This document shows, one piece after another, positions 27,355 to 38,742 of a stretch of 64,000 nucleotides of DNA (its first letter is position 1; each line of letters opens with the position of its first letter). Made by a program: the position numbers and the translations under genes. The DNA lies in IMG/VR virus record IMGVR_UViG_3300027374_000001; one strand, written 5' to 3'. This stretch comes from a virus. Lineage: Duplodnaviria > Caudoviricetes. The notes below the pieces were generated by a model. The model was given only the letters and a program-made list of their open reading frames with translations, had not been told where the DNA came from and did not search any database.

Positions 27355-28506
27355 TCAGATATCCTCCAATATTATTTTCTTTAGTGTTTCTCCATCTATA
27401 AATTCATATCCCTCCTGATCATTTATATATCTAGCAAGAATTTCATATTCAGTCAGTGTTTTGTCGAATACATAATCATATTTATTTTGTATTTCTGATT
27501 CTTGTATTTTCATTGCCCTATCGTGAACTTTATCTCTTTCTACTTTGAGCTTTATATCCTGCTTATTTCTAAAATATTGGTTTAGAAGTTCCATTTTTTC
27601 AGAAGGATAATCACTACCTATACAAATACGAAGATAATCAATTCCATTATTTTTCTTAAGGTTATTGATATACTCTATAACCTCCTGAGGATCTGACAAT
27701 AGTATATCATCAATATTGATAGTGTCATATCTAAATGACTGTATAGTCTCAAGATGCATATAATACTTTCTGGTATCAAGATTATATAGAGTTATAAGAA
27801 ACCCCTTTGCATTTTCTTCCCCAAATGAAGTTCTAATAGGAGACCCAGTATAATAAAAATCACTATCAAAACATCCTCCCGTATGCACATGACCAGATAC
27901 AATCGGACCACAACAATATTGAAAATCATTTATAGTGAACAATCTTGACTCTTTTACATTGTCTCCATATACAGCGCCTTTTATAGTACCATGCATTATA
28001 GCCATGTCATAATAGTCTCGATACAAATAGGATTCATATATTTTTTCATCTACACCATATAATTCCGGTATGCATAATATAGACATTCCTTCTATATGAA
28101 GTATATTCAAAGTTTCTATTACATAGGCCTTATAAAACGGATTATTTTGATAATGATAAAACACATTTAACTGGTCTGCATCATGACTTTTTGTACCTGC
28201 CAATAATATTACTGACGCATTTTTTGTTCTAGAAATCTCCATAAGTCTTCCCACAAATAAAGTAGCATAAGTTATGGGATTACTATCTGCCATGAATTTC
28301 CTATCATATAAATCTCCAGCAACTACTATCAAATCTACTAACGGTAACTGTTCTATCCTTTGAAGAAATTGTTCTTCTAATATTTCATACTGAACCTTTG
28401 GGTCTATCTTTCCGAAATGTATATCAGCAATACTTATAATAACTTTATTGCCGCGTACTACTTTACGTGTAATATCATAATTCTCATATACCATTCCAGG
28501 TATCAT
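27355..28506 (-). CDS. sbcD: SbcD/Mre11-like metallophosphoesterase nuclease
   Basis: IADIHFG, AGDLYD, GTKSHD, MHG, SGHVH, YTGSPIRTSFGEE. Confidence 0.88.
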   Translation of the reverse strand: MIPGMVYENYDITRKVVRGNKVIISIADIHFGKIDPKVQYEILEEQFLQRIEQLPLVDLIVVAGDLYDRKFMADSNPITYATLFVGRLMEISRTKNASVILLAGTKSHDADQLNVFYHYQNNPFYKAYVIETLNILHIEGMSILCIPELYGVDEKIYESYLYRDYYDMAIMHGTIKGAVYGDNVKESRLFTINDFQYCCGPIVSGHVHTGGCFDSDFYYTGSPIRTSFGEENAKGFLITLYNLDTRKYYMHLETIQSFRYDTINIDDILLSDPQEVIEYINNLKKNNGIDYLRICIGSDYPSEKMELLNQYFRNKQDIKLKVERDKVHDRAMKIQESEIQNKYDYVFDKTLTEYEILARYINDQEGYEFIDGETLKKIILEDI

Positions 28507-29093
28507 AATATATATCCTGCCTCTCTAAATATATCTCTTATTTTAAGAAGATATATTTTATCTTTCATCAATAATTTATTGTATTTGTCCAAGCATTCTT
28601 CTCCATACACATAGACTACACAATAATTATATATAGACATTAAGATTATTGGTCTTAATGTATTATCTAAATTTAATCTTTTTAGCGTAGGATGCAATGA
28701 AATTGTTATATAATTTTCATCACTATCATGTGTACTAATGTGAATGTGCCAACGTTCTCCCTCTTTACCGGATGCACAGACTGTTAAATCATAATTATAA
28801 TACTTAAAGGCAAATTCAATTGACCCATAATAAGATATAAGCGGCAATACTCTCTTTACCATTGGTATTTCATTCATCATGCCAGATATATATTGTTTAT
28901 TATGATCAAAATCTGAATCAAGCACTAACAATTCTTGTATCATGCTATACATTATATGGATTCCCAGATGAAACTTATCAAAGAAATCCTTTTTAAGCCT
29001 ATGCTGAACATATTTCTTTGCCACATAATATCTTATCTTGTTATCTTTTAGATATTTTATTTCTTTCATAACCCCAACTAATTCAATCAACAT
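28503..29093 (-). CDS. hypothetical protein
   Basis: 196-aa ORF, coupled to sbcD. Confidence 0.7.
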   Translation of the reverse strand: MLIELVGVMKEIKYLKDNKIRYYVAKKYVQHRLKKDFFDKFHLGIHIMYSMIQELLVLDSDFDHNKQYISGMMNEIPMVKRVLPLISYYGSIEFAFKYYNYDLTVCASGKEGERWHIHISTHDSDENYITISLHPTLKRLNLDNTLRPIILMSIYNYCVVYVYGEECLDKYNKLLMKDKIYLLKIRDIFREAGYIL

Positions 29094-29110
29094 TCTTTCC
29101 TCCTGTGTAT

Positions 29111-29860
29111 TTAATAAAATATATTTCTATATTGATTTTCCACTTGTATTCTGTTAATGTATGAGTACGTTAACGATAAAAATGTTTCTTCACACAAACC
29201 GATAAATCCGGGATACTCAGGCATAGATTGATCTAGTATATATTCCTCAAAACTTATTTCTTTTTTACTAAGTTTTATGATTCCACAACCATATATATCT
29301 ATGCCATATAATTCTCTAAGCATATATTTATATGCTGATAGCTGCAAGAAATATTTAAAAGATGCATGATTACTTGTTTTGAAATCCAAAAGATATAATC
29401 TTCCAAATATTTCTATCAAAATGTCTAGTGTGCCCCCAAACCAAGGGCACACTAATGCTTGTTCTTGCATAACTATATTATAGTTTTTAAGAGATACTAT
29501 TTCCCACCATTTTTTAAATGAACCATAAGCATAAGAAACTTCATTACGATAACCAGTAGGTATAGAACTAATATCCAAATCACAGGAGTTTTGAAGAAAA
29601 TTTTCTATTCCGTTATGAACGTATGTTCCTTTGGTTGCTGCTTGCTCTAAAACATCTTCATATCTTTGATGCTTGACTCTTCCTATGAAGTTAGACCACT
29701 TCATTAAATGATCTTCATGAATCATAGCAGATAAAATCTCTGTCACTCTAGGAACCGGATATCTATTGTTATACATATAATGAGAATTATCTATTCCGGC
29801 TTCATCCATATTGATCTTTCTTAACAAACTTTCTATACTCAAAATATTCAATCCTTTCAA
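29111..29860 (-). CDS. PD-(D/E)XK exonuclease (Cas4-like/phage exonuclease)
   Basis: PRVTEILS, KGTYVHNGIE, QEQ...GGTLDIL...LLDFKTS...YFLQLSAY. Confidence 0.85.
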   Translation of the reverse strand: MKGLNILSIESLLRKINMDEAGIDNSHYMYNNRYPVPRVTEILSAMIHEDHLMKWSNFIGRVKHQRYEDVLEQAATKGTYVHNGIENFLQNSCDLDISSIPTGYRNEVSYAYGSFKKWWEIVSLKNYNIVMQEQALVCPWFGGTLDILIEIFGRLYLLDFKTSNHASFKYFLQLSAYKYMLRELYGIDIYGCGIIKLSKKEISFEEYILDQSMPEYPGFIGLCEETFLSLTYSYINRIQVENQYRNIFY

Positions 29861-30585
29861 ATTTTCAATTCTGAAATTCTAGCCTTTTCATATTCGCAAC
29901 AGTATTTGTCTGGAAGAATAATATCAAAAGTAATCAGCGACATACGAGAAAAGATATTCATCTTCTGACCAGGCAATTTATTTCTAATAATCGTATATCT
30001 AGCATTAGCAAATAATTCACCATCTCCTGCCGCTTTCATGACTAAATCGAAAAACTTATCATGTCTGCTTATTCTTATATAGACAAATTCGCTGTTATTT
30101 ATATTTGCGTTATCACGTATAACCGATACTATAGAACCGCAATTGTGCAAAATATCGGTTTGAACAAACGATAATTTGTTAAGAGTGCCATCGGAGTTGT
30201 ATAACCGTGAAATCAGCTCATCGACACTTCCAAATAATTGAGCATATGTAGATGACTTTTTAATAAGCATGTCATCTATAGCTCTATCATATGCTTCTCT
30301 TGTAACATAATTCCTATTACAGCTGTAATGATACGTTTCTGGAAGTCTTTTTGATAAACTCTTTGAGTCTATATTATTAATCACTACATAGGTTATCTGG
30401 TTAAGATGACCGGTAATGGGGGGTTTGCGATTTCCTTTTGAAATTAATTTATCTTTTTCTTCTTTGCTTAGATGGTATTTACAAAATGAATTCCTAGTAG
30501 GAATTTTTAAAACCACTGTATCGTCATATTTGCAGCAACGTCTATTCATTTTCTCTACCTCCATCTTACCGTACAAATACATCAA
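29857..30585 (-). CDS. hypothetical protein
   Basis: 242-aa ORF; true start may be 30549. Confidence 0.7.
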   Translation of the reverse strand: MMYLYGKMEVEKMNRRCCKYDDTVVLKIPTRNSFCKYHLSKEEKDKLISKGNRKPPITGHLNQITYVVINNIDSKSLSKRLPETYHYSCNRNYVTREAYDRAIDDMLIKKSSTYAQLFGSVDELISRLYNSDGTLNKLSFVQTDILHNCGSIVSVIRDNANINNSEFVYIRISRHDKFFDLVMKAAGDGELFANARYTIIRNKLPGQKMNIFSRMSLITFDIILPDKYCCEYEKARISELKI

Positions 30586-30985
30586 AAGTTATTATTTCAT
30601 CTACCGAATATGCATTGCCTTGTGTACAATTTCCCATATATCTCATACCTGCAGTTAATCTATTAAGTAAATTGTTTTCCTTAAGAAGTTGGTATATCCC
30701 ATTGTCTTCTTTTATTTCAAGAGTAATATATTCATCAGTGACTTCAGTAATTCTTCCTAACGAATTTTCCAATTTTATAGTTTGCATTCTTTCACTACTG
30801 GTAAATGACGTATAATTATCTGAAATATATTCTGAATAAATAGGTATACGTTGATTATTTATCTTTTGCATAAATTTATCAATAGCAATTTTATACGATT
30901 GCATATCATATGTTTTGCCATTTTTATTTTCTTCTCCAGGTTTACACACACGCGCAATTGTCATTTCTAAAATATTGTTTTCCAT
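30566..30985 (-). CDS. hypothetical protein
   Basis: 139-aa ORF, AAGGAG SD; ENKNGKTY echoes prohead-protease N-termini, but weakly. Confidence 0.7.
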   Translation of the reverse strand: MENNILEMTIARVCKPGEENKNGKTYDMQSYKIAIDKFMQKINNQRIPIYSEYISDNYTSFTSSERMQTIKLENSLGRITEVTDEYITLEIKEDNGIYQLLKENNLLNRLTAGMRYMGNCTQGNAYSVDEIITFDVFVR

Positions 30986-31106
30986 CTCTATTTCTCCTTT
31001 ATGCTATTCATATTTATTATATATTATTAATAAAAAGTTCTAGCGATATTTATTTTGAAGAGGAACATCAGGGTAAAATTATACGTCATAAGGAGGATTT
31101 TATCTC

Positions 31107-32066
31107 ATGGAACAACAAACGAAAAACTATAGCGCTTCTTATTTATATAATAAAGGAAACTTTGAAAAGTCAATTGTAAAGTTTATAATGTCTGCAGATA
31201 TTGTAGACAAAAATGACAAGTCATTTGAAGATATAAGGTATGATGTGAAGAGAAGACAAGTAACCTCGTCTCTTATGAAAGTTCTCAATAGTGATAATAT
31301 TATACTGCTTAAAGCAAAAACTAATGAGCAAGCATTATCCAGATCATTTAAAGTATTTGCTGCATCAGATATAAGGAGTGGAGATAGACGCACTAAAGTG
31401 TTCATTGACTGTACTGCTGTAATAACAGATAAAGATGGAGCATATAATATAGCAGATAAAAATATGGATATTTTCATATCTTATCTTTTAAATGCTATGG
31501 TTACTTTGATATATTGGGTACAACCGCAAAAATTGTTAAATAACACTGCTATCATAGAAAACGGGTCACAAGCATTCTCTGACCTTACATCACATGTAGT
31601 AGACTACATGAGAATAGGTTCTGTTGATAAGATAAGAGAGAGAACTAAATATCTGGCAGCTCTTTATTTCCAATGCGGAATCATGTGTAAAGAAATGACA
31701 GATAGTATTTATCAACGAGCAAGAAAAATATCTGGATTCAGCAATAGAGAAGCAGATGTTGTTAATTACCTTATGGGTGATGAAGAGAAGATATTTAAAG
31801 ATGTAAATACTTTTGTCGAGTCATTAGGAAGAGTTCTTAAAATAGAAGACAAGCTCAACTTAGATAACTTTATCGAGAGATGGGCTTGGCTATTCGGGTC
31901 TGGAACTGAGTATGGAACAGAGATATTTACTGCATTTTCTTCTCTATTGACAAATGCATACGTTGGAGCATATATCAATAATCAGAAGACTATAGAGAAG
32001 GTTTGCGGAAGGACTTTAGTAGACTATACTAATGCTATATTTAAAATAGGGAGTGAACTTGCATAA
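31107..32066 (+). CDS. probable virion protein
   Basis: 319 aa, AAGGAGG SD, AACA-N6-TA at 31064-31075, coupled to the next large ORF. Confidence 0.7.
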   Translation: MEQQTKNYSASYLYNKGNFEKSIVKFIMSADIVDKNDKSFEDIRYDVKRRQVTSSLMKVLNSDNIILLKAKTNEQALSRSFKVFAASDIRSGDRRTKVFIDCTAVITDKDGAYNIADKNMDIFISYLLNAMVTLIYWVQPQKLLNNTAIIENGSQAFSDLTSHVVDYMRIGSVDKIRERTKYLAALYFQCGIMCKEMTDSIYQRARKISGFSNREADVVNYLMGDEEKIFKDVNTFVESLGRVLKIEDKLNLDNFIERWAWLFGSGTEYGTEIFTAFSSLLTNAYVGAYINNQKTIEKVCGRTLVDYTNAIFKIGSELA

Positions 32067-35000
32067 TGGATACTAGATCTATAGATTTAAACGGTCTTAA
32101 TGCTTTGCAAGATAAAGTTGTCTATAAGACAAATAACGATAAACACGTTTTAGCTCAAGATGTGGAAAGAACCATTAGAGAGCCCGAGTTCATTTTACTC
32201 GGGTTTCTCAATGGTTATTCTTATTCTTCTGCTTCTGGATACCTTGCAAAGGAGACATTAAAAGGACAAAGAATAGCACAAATTTCTCTAGAAGTAGAAC
32301 ACGGCTATTTCTATGAAGGGTTAGAAGTAATGTATTTTACTGGGGGAAAATATATATACTGTGTAGATGAGTCTCTTCATATATTATGGGAGAAGGAATT
32401 AAATGACTATATTAGATCCATAAGCATGGACTTTTATGGAAATGCCTATATCATTTTTATGAATAGTAGACTCATCTTAAAATACAATAAAAAAGGAGAA
32501 CAATTACTTTATCTCTTAGACAGTGAAGATGTAAGTAAAGAACAAAGAATCTATAAAACATTTATAACCCCAGATTCTGTATTTATGTATCTTATAGGAT
32601 CTTCTTTTTATGACTATGAAAAGGTAGACACATTTATTGATGTTTACGATACAAGAAAAGCAGAAATTATAGAAAGACAATTTCTGTATAAAGAATTAAG
32701 ACATATAAAACAAGATGATCCGTATTATGAATTTTACGATATAAGAGTTATAGGAGACTATATCTATCTTTATGGTAAGCAATATATTATGAAGGTAAAT
32801 CTTAAACTCATAAAAATGTGGCAATATTCCCTTGGATATAATCCGATATCTAGATTACCAAACGATCTTGCATATATAGAATACGACAATTCTAATTATG
32901 AAGAAGGAATCTATTTTGCTGAAGATTTATACGACACAAAAGGCCACTCCATAGGGAAACTTACTAATACCGGACATCTCGTTTGGCAAATACAAAATAC
33001 AGAAAACTCTATGATTATAGATTTTCAATTATCCGTATATAATGGAATACTGTATACTTTAAATATACAAGATATCAATAATACCAAATCTTATATATTG
33101 TCTATCGATGATGGAGCATTTTTACTTCAAGTAGATAATGGAAATCTAGTAAAGATATCTGAATATAATGATGAATTAATAAATCCAGAAAACTATTTTG
33201 GAATGAGACTCATCGGAAGGCAAATCAAAGATGGTATAGAGAAGTTTCTAAAAGTTCCATTAATGCATGACACAGGTCCTCTATTGGTAGACGAACATAC
33301 TTTGTTATATGCCAAAATAAATAATGATCACTATACTGATCCAGAAAATTATATATATTTCTATTTACTGGCATCAGATAGATTAGATCAAAAGAATTCA
33401 GCAACGGTTTTGACTACTATACAAGGACAAATAATCACTACATACTTTGGTTCTGGTATTATGACTAAAGAACCATATACTGATACTATAGAGCATGAAT
33501 TTATTAATGATGATTCTTCTAATAGGATATCTACTAAAAATAATAAGAATTTGGTTAGAAAAGGAGAATACTATTCTAGAACTAGATATCTATTAGCCGA
33601 TAGATTCAAATTTAGAAAATATCTTGTAACTAAGAAAACTCATACTCCAATAATCACCAAAGCGATGCATAACTTTATTGGAATCAAATCAAGATACGTA
33701 TATAAATACGTTATGAAAAGGCTTACTGATATTGATGTGATAGTAGAATTTCTTGAGCAAAATGGAATATTAGATACTATGATTCCGTATTATGTAGATA
33801 AGCTCAGACACCATACGACTCACATGATTAAAGATATGCAGTTAGCCGGAGCTCCAAATCTTTATGACATAATGCCAGTGAAAAAGTTTGAGTATAAGTT
33901 TGATGGGTATGACTACCCAATACGAAAATCTAATACTCAAATATATATGCTCAAGAATATTCCGTATAATAAAAAGAGAGATTTTAAGTCCATATTTATA
34001 GATAGCATGGCTAATCTAGTAGAAAATAAAGAAATCAGACCGTTCATTCTGTTTGTTGGAGGTAGAGCTATCAAATGGTCTGACATGGTTATTGTAAGAG
34101 ACTGGCTCTATTCATATGCAGTAATAAGGAATATAAAGGAGAGAAATTACAATGTAGATGCTGTGATCTTTCCTTGTACTATAAGATACGGGGAGGACAA
34201 TCAAATTCTCCCTAGTGACCATGGTCATATGTATTTCGATAGCGATGGAATTCTCACTGAAGATGTCGATAAGATTGCTTTTCGTATGGAAGTATTAGAC
34301 CCAAATGTATCGGCTGATGATATTTACCTAAACAATGAAAAGTGTTTTACTTTGTCTAATATAAGATTAGATCAAATTTCGGATACTAATAATCTGATAG
34401 TGTTTGAAAACGGTAAACTCTATGATGATAGTAGATTTTACTTGAGACCCTTTGGTATGCACGCATATAGATGGTTAAAAGATACTACTCCATATATAAA
34501 ATCTTTTTATTATAATAAGGCAAATGATTCTAAGAATCTGCTTGTTACATTGCCGAATGATAAAGAAGTTCAAAACGATACTTCTTTAATTTCAGCCGGA
34601 AATTCTGGGGTTGACCAGCAATATACTGATAGCTTCCAGAGACAATTTGATTTTAAATTATCCAGTAAGAAAACTTATGCTAGAAATATTGCTGAAGCCA
34701 CCAGGTACATTTTGACTTATAATATGCAGCTTCTTATAGACTACTATAAAGACCAAGCAAATTTTAAGTCATATAATTATACTGGAGAACAGTTATACAA
34801 GTTAATGCCTCCTGAAGGTGCCTGGATACGCATTCCTAGACAAAGACGTAATGGTTTAGACGACTTTATAATCGTTTTCCATAACGATAGACTCTATCAT
34901 CATTATAAAGAGATAGAATATGAAAATAGATACTTTAAAATACCAGTGTTCAATCATATAAAGAGAGAGGATAAAGTAGAAATACTGCATTTCAAAAATG

Positions 35001-35845
35001 TAGACAATGCTTATTACGATATTATAGTAAGCAAAGATAAGGATGACTATATAACTAGAACTTTAAGACACGATAATTTCTTATTATTTGCTAATTCTCC
35101 AACTGGTAAGAAACCATATGATGAGTTTAACGTGGAAAATAATGAACAATATGAAGTTTCATTTGAATATCGTAATGTATGGGAAGGGAAGAAATACGTG
35201 AAAACACAAATATCTTTAGATGACCCGTATTATTATGATAAGGCTCTTAAGATCGTTTCAAAGCGTCAATTTGCATGGATGCATTATCATGTTCAGTCTA
35301 CTACTAATACTTTTAAATTGAATCCGCAGTTTAGATTTTGCAGAAATAAAAATCAATATATGGTATTTGTAGATGGATTAAAACTAAATAATGATGATTT
35401 TGCATTACAAGTTATGTCATCAGAGCATCAAATAGACTGTATGACTATAGAAACCAATAAAGAAATATCTTCTGGTTCCTATATATACTTTATCTATGTT
35501 CCTGATGCTTATGATGAACTGATAGTGCATAACTATTCATCACAAACGTCAAACGGGGACATAACTTTAGATTCTTCTGAATTGGAGTATCCATTCGATA
35601 AAGATCTATTTTTAGTTTCAATAGATGGTGAAAAAATATTAAATTCTAATATACAGAATATATCAAGCCATAGAGTTAGAATAACTCATAAGGAACAGCC
35701 ATTTAAAGAAATTTGTATAAATCGATTTATGCAACCGGATGCTTTATTAAAAGAAGTATTCAGCTATGGAGACTCTTGGAGCAGAGCAGTGGATACGTTA
35801 TCTCCAAAAGATTATATAAAATTATTCAAAGATGCCAAAAAATAA
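32066..35845 (+). CDS. large probable virion structural protein (N-terminal beta-propeller-like repeats)
   Basis: 1259 aa; repeated G-x-x-x-W strand motifs (LHILWEK, LIKMWQY, GHLVWQI); VFVDGLKL-type beta-sandwich repeats in the C-terminal half; late-class operon. Confidence 0.65.
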   Translation: MDTRSIDLNGLNALQDKVVYKTNNDKHVLAQDVERTIREPEFILLGFLNGYSYSSASGYLAKETLKGQRIAQISLEVEHGYFYEGLEVMYFTGGKYIYCVDESLHILWEKELNDYIRSISMDFYGNAYIIFMNSRLILKYNKKGEQLLYLLDSEDVSKEQRIYKTFITPDSVFMYLIGSSFYDYEKVDTFIDVYDTRKAEIIERQFLYKELRHIKQDDPYYEFYDIRVIGDYIYLYGKQYIMKVNLKLIKMWQYSLGYNPISRLPNDLAYIEYDNSNYEEGIYFAEDLYDTKGHSIGKLTNTGHLVWQIQNTENSMIIDFQLSVYNGILYTLNIQDINNTKSYILSIDDGAFLLQVDNGNLVKISEYNDELINPENYFGMRLIGRQIKDGIEKFLKVPLMHDTGPLLVDEHTLLYAKINNDHYTDPENYIYFYLLASDRLDQKNSATVLTTIQGQIITTYFGSGIMTKEPYTDTIEHEFINDDSSNRISTKNNKNLVRKGEYYSRTRYLLADRFKFRKYLVTKKTHTPIITKAMHNFIGIKSRYVYKYVMKRLTDIDVIVEFLEQNGILDTMIPYYVDKLRHHTTHMIKDMQLAGAPNLYDIMPVKKFEYKFDGYDYPIRKSNTQIYMLKNIPYNKKRDFKSIFIDSMANLVENKEIRPFILFVGGRAIKWSDMVIVRDWLYSYAVIRNIKERNYNVDAVIFPCTIRYGEDNQILPSDHGHMYFDSDGILTEDVDKIAFRMEVLDPNVSADDIYLNNEKCFTLSNIRLDQISDTNNLIVFENGKLYDDSRFYLRPFGMHAYRWLKDTTPYIKSFYYNKANDSKNLLVTLPNDKEVQNDTSLISAGNSGVDQQYTDSFQRQFDFKLSSKKTYARNIAEATRYILTYNMQLLIDYYKDQANFKSYNYTGEQLYKLMPPEGAWIRIPRQRRNGLDDFIIVFHNDRLYHHYKEIEYENRYFKIPVFNHIKREDKVEILHFKNVDNAYYDIIVSKDKDDYITRTLRHDNFLLFANSPTGKKPYDEFNVENNEQYEVSFEYRNVWEGKKYVKTQISLDDPYYYDKALKIVSKRQFAWMHYHVQSTTNTFKLNPQFRFCRNKNQYMVFVDGLKLNNDDFALQVMSSEHQIDCMTIETNKEISSGSYIYFIYVPDAYDELIVHNYSSQTSNGDITLDSSELEYPFDKDLFLVSIDGEKILNSNIQNISSHRVRITHKEQPFKEICINRFMQPDALLKEVFSYGDSWSRAVDTLSPKDYIKLFKDAKK

Positions 35846-35851
35846 AATATA

Positions 35852-35874
35852 GGGAGCCTCCAACAAAGGCTCCC
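35852..35874. terminator. bidirectional terminator
   Basis: GGGAGCCT/AGGCTCCC stem between convergent genes. Confidence 0.65.
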
Positions 35875-35885
35875 CGATTTTTGTC

Positions 35886-36653
35886 TCATATCAACTCCAC
35901 TTTCCATGAACCATTCATTATCAATGTAAAAAATTTATTATAGTTTACTTGAAATTGATCGGCATCTCTGTTAGTCATAATTATATTAACCATAGAATTG
36001 TCTCTGGTGTATGAAACTATAGCTCCTGGTAAATTGTTCAAACTGATTCTTAACTTATCACTATGAAGTATTCTGTAAACAAGGTCATAGTTATTCTGCA
36101 ACCAGTTATAGAGTTGATATATGTGCGCTAGAGTTGCTTTCTGAGTATTATGTGTAGCCATCTCATCAATAACTATATAGTCTTTTTCATCAACTCCAAA
36201 TATAAGGTCAATATGATATGTCAAAACATCACTTTTTACCATCATCAACGGAAGAGAAATGTTCTCCGGATTGGCCGGTAGTATATTCGGAAAGTGAACG
36301 AAGTTTATTTTTAATACCTCATACTTATCATCAAAAGATATATTATAAAATCCACACTTTTCACATTTACCACCAGGAAGAGAAAATCCTAAAGAATTAT
36401 CAAACCCATCCAATGAAATGAACTTATTCTCGGTATCAACGATAATTTCATATTCAAAGATATCTTCGCTAGATGAGAAAGTTGTCGTTCCATCGATGTA
36501 TAAGGAATGAACGTCCAAATGCTCCTGTTTCTTTAACAAAATAAATCTGCTGCTACCTTCATATGGAACAGCGGTTATTTTATCATCTTCTATTCTATAC
36601 CCTCTACTGTTCCAGTAAAAAATGTTTTTTATCAGTTCTTCTACTTGATCCAT
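35886..36653 (-). CDS. hypothetical protein
   Basis: 255 aa, AAGGAG SD, class I promoter at 36684-36700. Confidence 0.75.
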   Translation of the reverse strand: MDQVEELIKNIFYWNSRGYRIEDDKITAVPYEGSSRFILLKKQEHLDVHSLYIDGTTTFSSSEDIFEYEIIVDTENKFISLDGFDNSLGFSLPGGKCEKCGFYNISFDDKYEVLKINFVHFPNILPANPENISLPLMMVKSDVLTYHIDLIFGVDEKDYIVIDEMATHNTQKATLAHIYQLYNWLQNNYDLVYRILHSDKLRISLNNLPGAIVSYTRDNSMVNIIMTNRDADQFQVNYNKFFTLIMNGSWKVELI

Positions 36654-36762
36654 CTCTTGTCTCCTTTTTTTTAGTATTATCTATTCACTAATATAATATA
36701 TATTTAAATATATAGTATATTACATTTTATTAACAAAATTATCCAGGGAGGGAGAGTAACCT

Positions 36763-37359
36763 ATGAGTGCTAAATTATTTATTCACGTTTTAATGATTCT
36801 TTCAGATCTCGCAATTATCATATGCGGAGCTATAATAATATATAGCATATATTATTTTATCTCAAGAATTTCAACCAAAAGATTCTTATGTAGATACATA
36901 AGAAGGAAAACTAAGTTAAAGAAAATTATAGAATATATTGTATTCAATAGTGATGTAAATCATTTCTATTCTAGTGATGCATATGCAGAATATGTAATAG
37001 AATATGCATCCTATATTATAGAACATGTCATACAAACAGATTCTAAATTAAAATTTAGAAAATTTTATAATATATTAATTATCAACAGTGCGATAACTCG
37101 TTTACTATATAAAGTAAAGAAATACCAGCCATTGGTAGATTTCATTTATGAATACTATGAAATGTATTTTGACGAATTTCAGTTTGAGATCCTGCTAAGA
37201 GGGGTATACGGATACGGGAGAAACAACAAAAAATCTAAGTCAAAAAATACTACATTAGATGAAACGCCGACAGACATAGCATCACATCTAATAGATGAAG
37301 AAATAGAAGAATCTGGGACTACTGATATTTTCCAAGCATTAAATGATTTCTTAGACTAA
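36763..37359 (+). CDS. hypothetical membrane-anchored protein
   Basis: N-terminal hydrophobic segment LFIHVLMILSDLAIIICGAIIIYSIYYFI. Confidence 0.7.
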   Translation: MSAKLFIHVLMILSDLAIIICGAIIIYSIYYFISRISTKRFLCRYIRRKTKLKKIIEYIVFNSDVNHFYSSDAYAEYVIEYASYIIEHVIQTDSKLKFRKFYNILIINSAITRLLYKVKKYQPLVDFIYEYYEMYFDEFQFEILLRGVYGYGRNNKKSKSKNTTLDETPTDIASHLIDEEIEESGTTDIFQALNDFLD

Positions 37360-37378
37360 TAAAAATAAAACTCTAGGA

Positions 37379-38650
37379 TCAAACGATCCTAGAGTCATTC
37401 ATTTTGTTTATATAAATTAATTGCTCGTTCACATAACTAAGATTTATATAAATTCCTATACTAGACCTCTTTTGCTCTAATTTAGCTTTCACAGACATCA
37501 CGTAATTATCCCAGTCTATATCTATATAAACCTTTTTAAAATTATTATATAAATTAATCTCCATGAATATTTCTGGAGATAGACCACTATCTTTTGTTTT
37601 CTTTAATACTTGCTGTAAATCGTGATTGTTCATGAGTTCACTAAAATCTATAGTATCAAGATAATAATCATCATTATCCCAATCTGTAGTTAAATATATT
37701 GGCCATCCATTACTATTAGTCTTAGGAATATCATATATATTTCTAAGATTATATAATCCAACTGTTTCTCTTTTCTTTTTCTTCTCAAGAAGGAGAGTAT
37801 GATCAGTATAGTATATATAAAATTGTGGAACTGGTATTCTTAATTCTGCATTCATTTCTATATGAAAATTATTATCTAACTGGCCTTGTCTTTCTCCATC
37901 ATCCATAGACAATGAATCTAAACAAGACATGTGTAGATAAATTCCAGATGCTCTTATGAAAAACTCACTATTACCATTTATAGTTCTAAACTTATATAAA
38001 AATGGTAGTCCGGACCTTTCATTAAGATGATTTAAAAATCCATACACATCTTTAACATTCATATTTTCATCAGTTTCAAACCCGGCATCGTTTGCTACAT
38101 GATACATTATATCTTTAGGAACATGAAAATCCATATCAGCATAAGCCGAATCAGTTTGTCCAATTTTAAATGCTAACCTCATGAATTCTGCTATATCTAT
38201 TTGCTGTGCTCTTGTGCTTAATCTAACCCTAAATATAAAGTTAATCTTCATCAATTTCATATGCAAGCCAATAAAACTACAGGCGTCATAATCTCTATAA
38301 AAACTCTTATCATAATTATGAATCCTCATAGCAAATTGTTTTAATCCTCCTGGATGCACATCTACATAATCACGATTATACTCCCAATCCATCATAGATT
38401 GTATACTAAGAGCTGGTTTTTCTACTGTAAGCAACTCTTTTCTGGATAGTTTTCTATAATCGTCAAATACAGATTTTCCATTTATATAAATAGTCTTAAA
38501 AAATCCATCATCAAATTTTTCTAAGAACCATTTTTTCATATATTCTACTCCAAGAGAATATCCATGAATAGTAGACGGAACTGCTATATCACAGTTAAGA
38601 TCAAAAGCTCCAATAGTGTGTTCACTTATCCCATTATACCTTCTAAGCAT
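37379..38650 (-). CDS. hypothetical jumbo-phage protein, probably virion-associated
   Basis: ORF extends to 38665; ATG at 38650 follows GGAGGT; AACA-N6-TA at 38672-38683. Confidence 0.75.
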   Translation of the reverse strand: MLRRYNGISEHTIGAFDLNCDIAVPSTIHGYSLGVEYMKKWFLEKFDDGFFKTIYINGKSVFDDYRKLSRKELLTVEKPALSIQSMMDWEYNRDYVDVHPGGLKQFAMRIHNYDKSFYRDYDACSFIGLHMKLMKINFIFRVRLSTRAQQIDIAEFMRLAFKIGQTDSAYADMDFHVPKDIMYHVANDAGFETDENMNVKDVYGFLNHLNERSGLPFLYKFRTINGNSEFFIRASGIYLHMSCLDSLSMDDGERQGQLDNNFHIEMNAELRIPVPQFYIYYTDHTLLLEKKKKRETVGLYNLRNIYDIPKTNSNGWPIYLTTDWDNDDYYLDTIDFSELMNNHDLQQVLKKTKDSGLSPEIFMEINLYNNFKKVYIDIDWDNYVMSVKAKLEQKRSSIGIYINLSYVNEQLIYINKMNDSRIV

Positions 38651-38708
38651 ATTAAATACCTCCATAATAATTAAGTAGATGTTTCAAGATGACAAAAAAT
38701 AAAAGATT

Positions 38709-38738
38709 ATGACCAGTGGAGAAATCTCCACTGGTCAT
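38709..38738 (-). terminator. intrinsic terminator after array 3
   Basis: ATGACCAGTGGAGA/TCTCCACTGGTCAT 14-bp stem plus TTTTATTTTTT. Confidence 0.78.
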
Positions 38739-38742
38739 TACA

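Noticed and set aside
29111-29860. CRISPR Cas4 adaptation gene
   Set aside because: Lacks the four-Cys Fe-S pattern and has no cas1/cas2; a typical solo phage PD-(D/E)XK exonuclease
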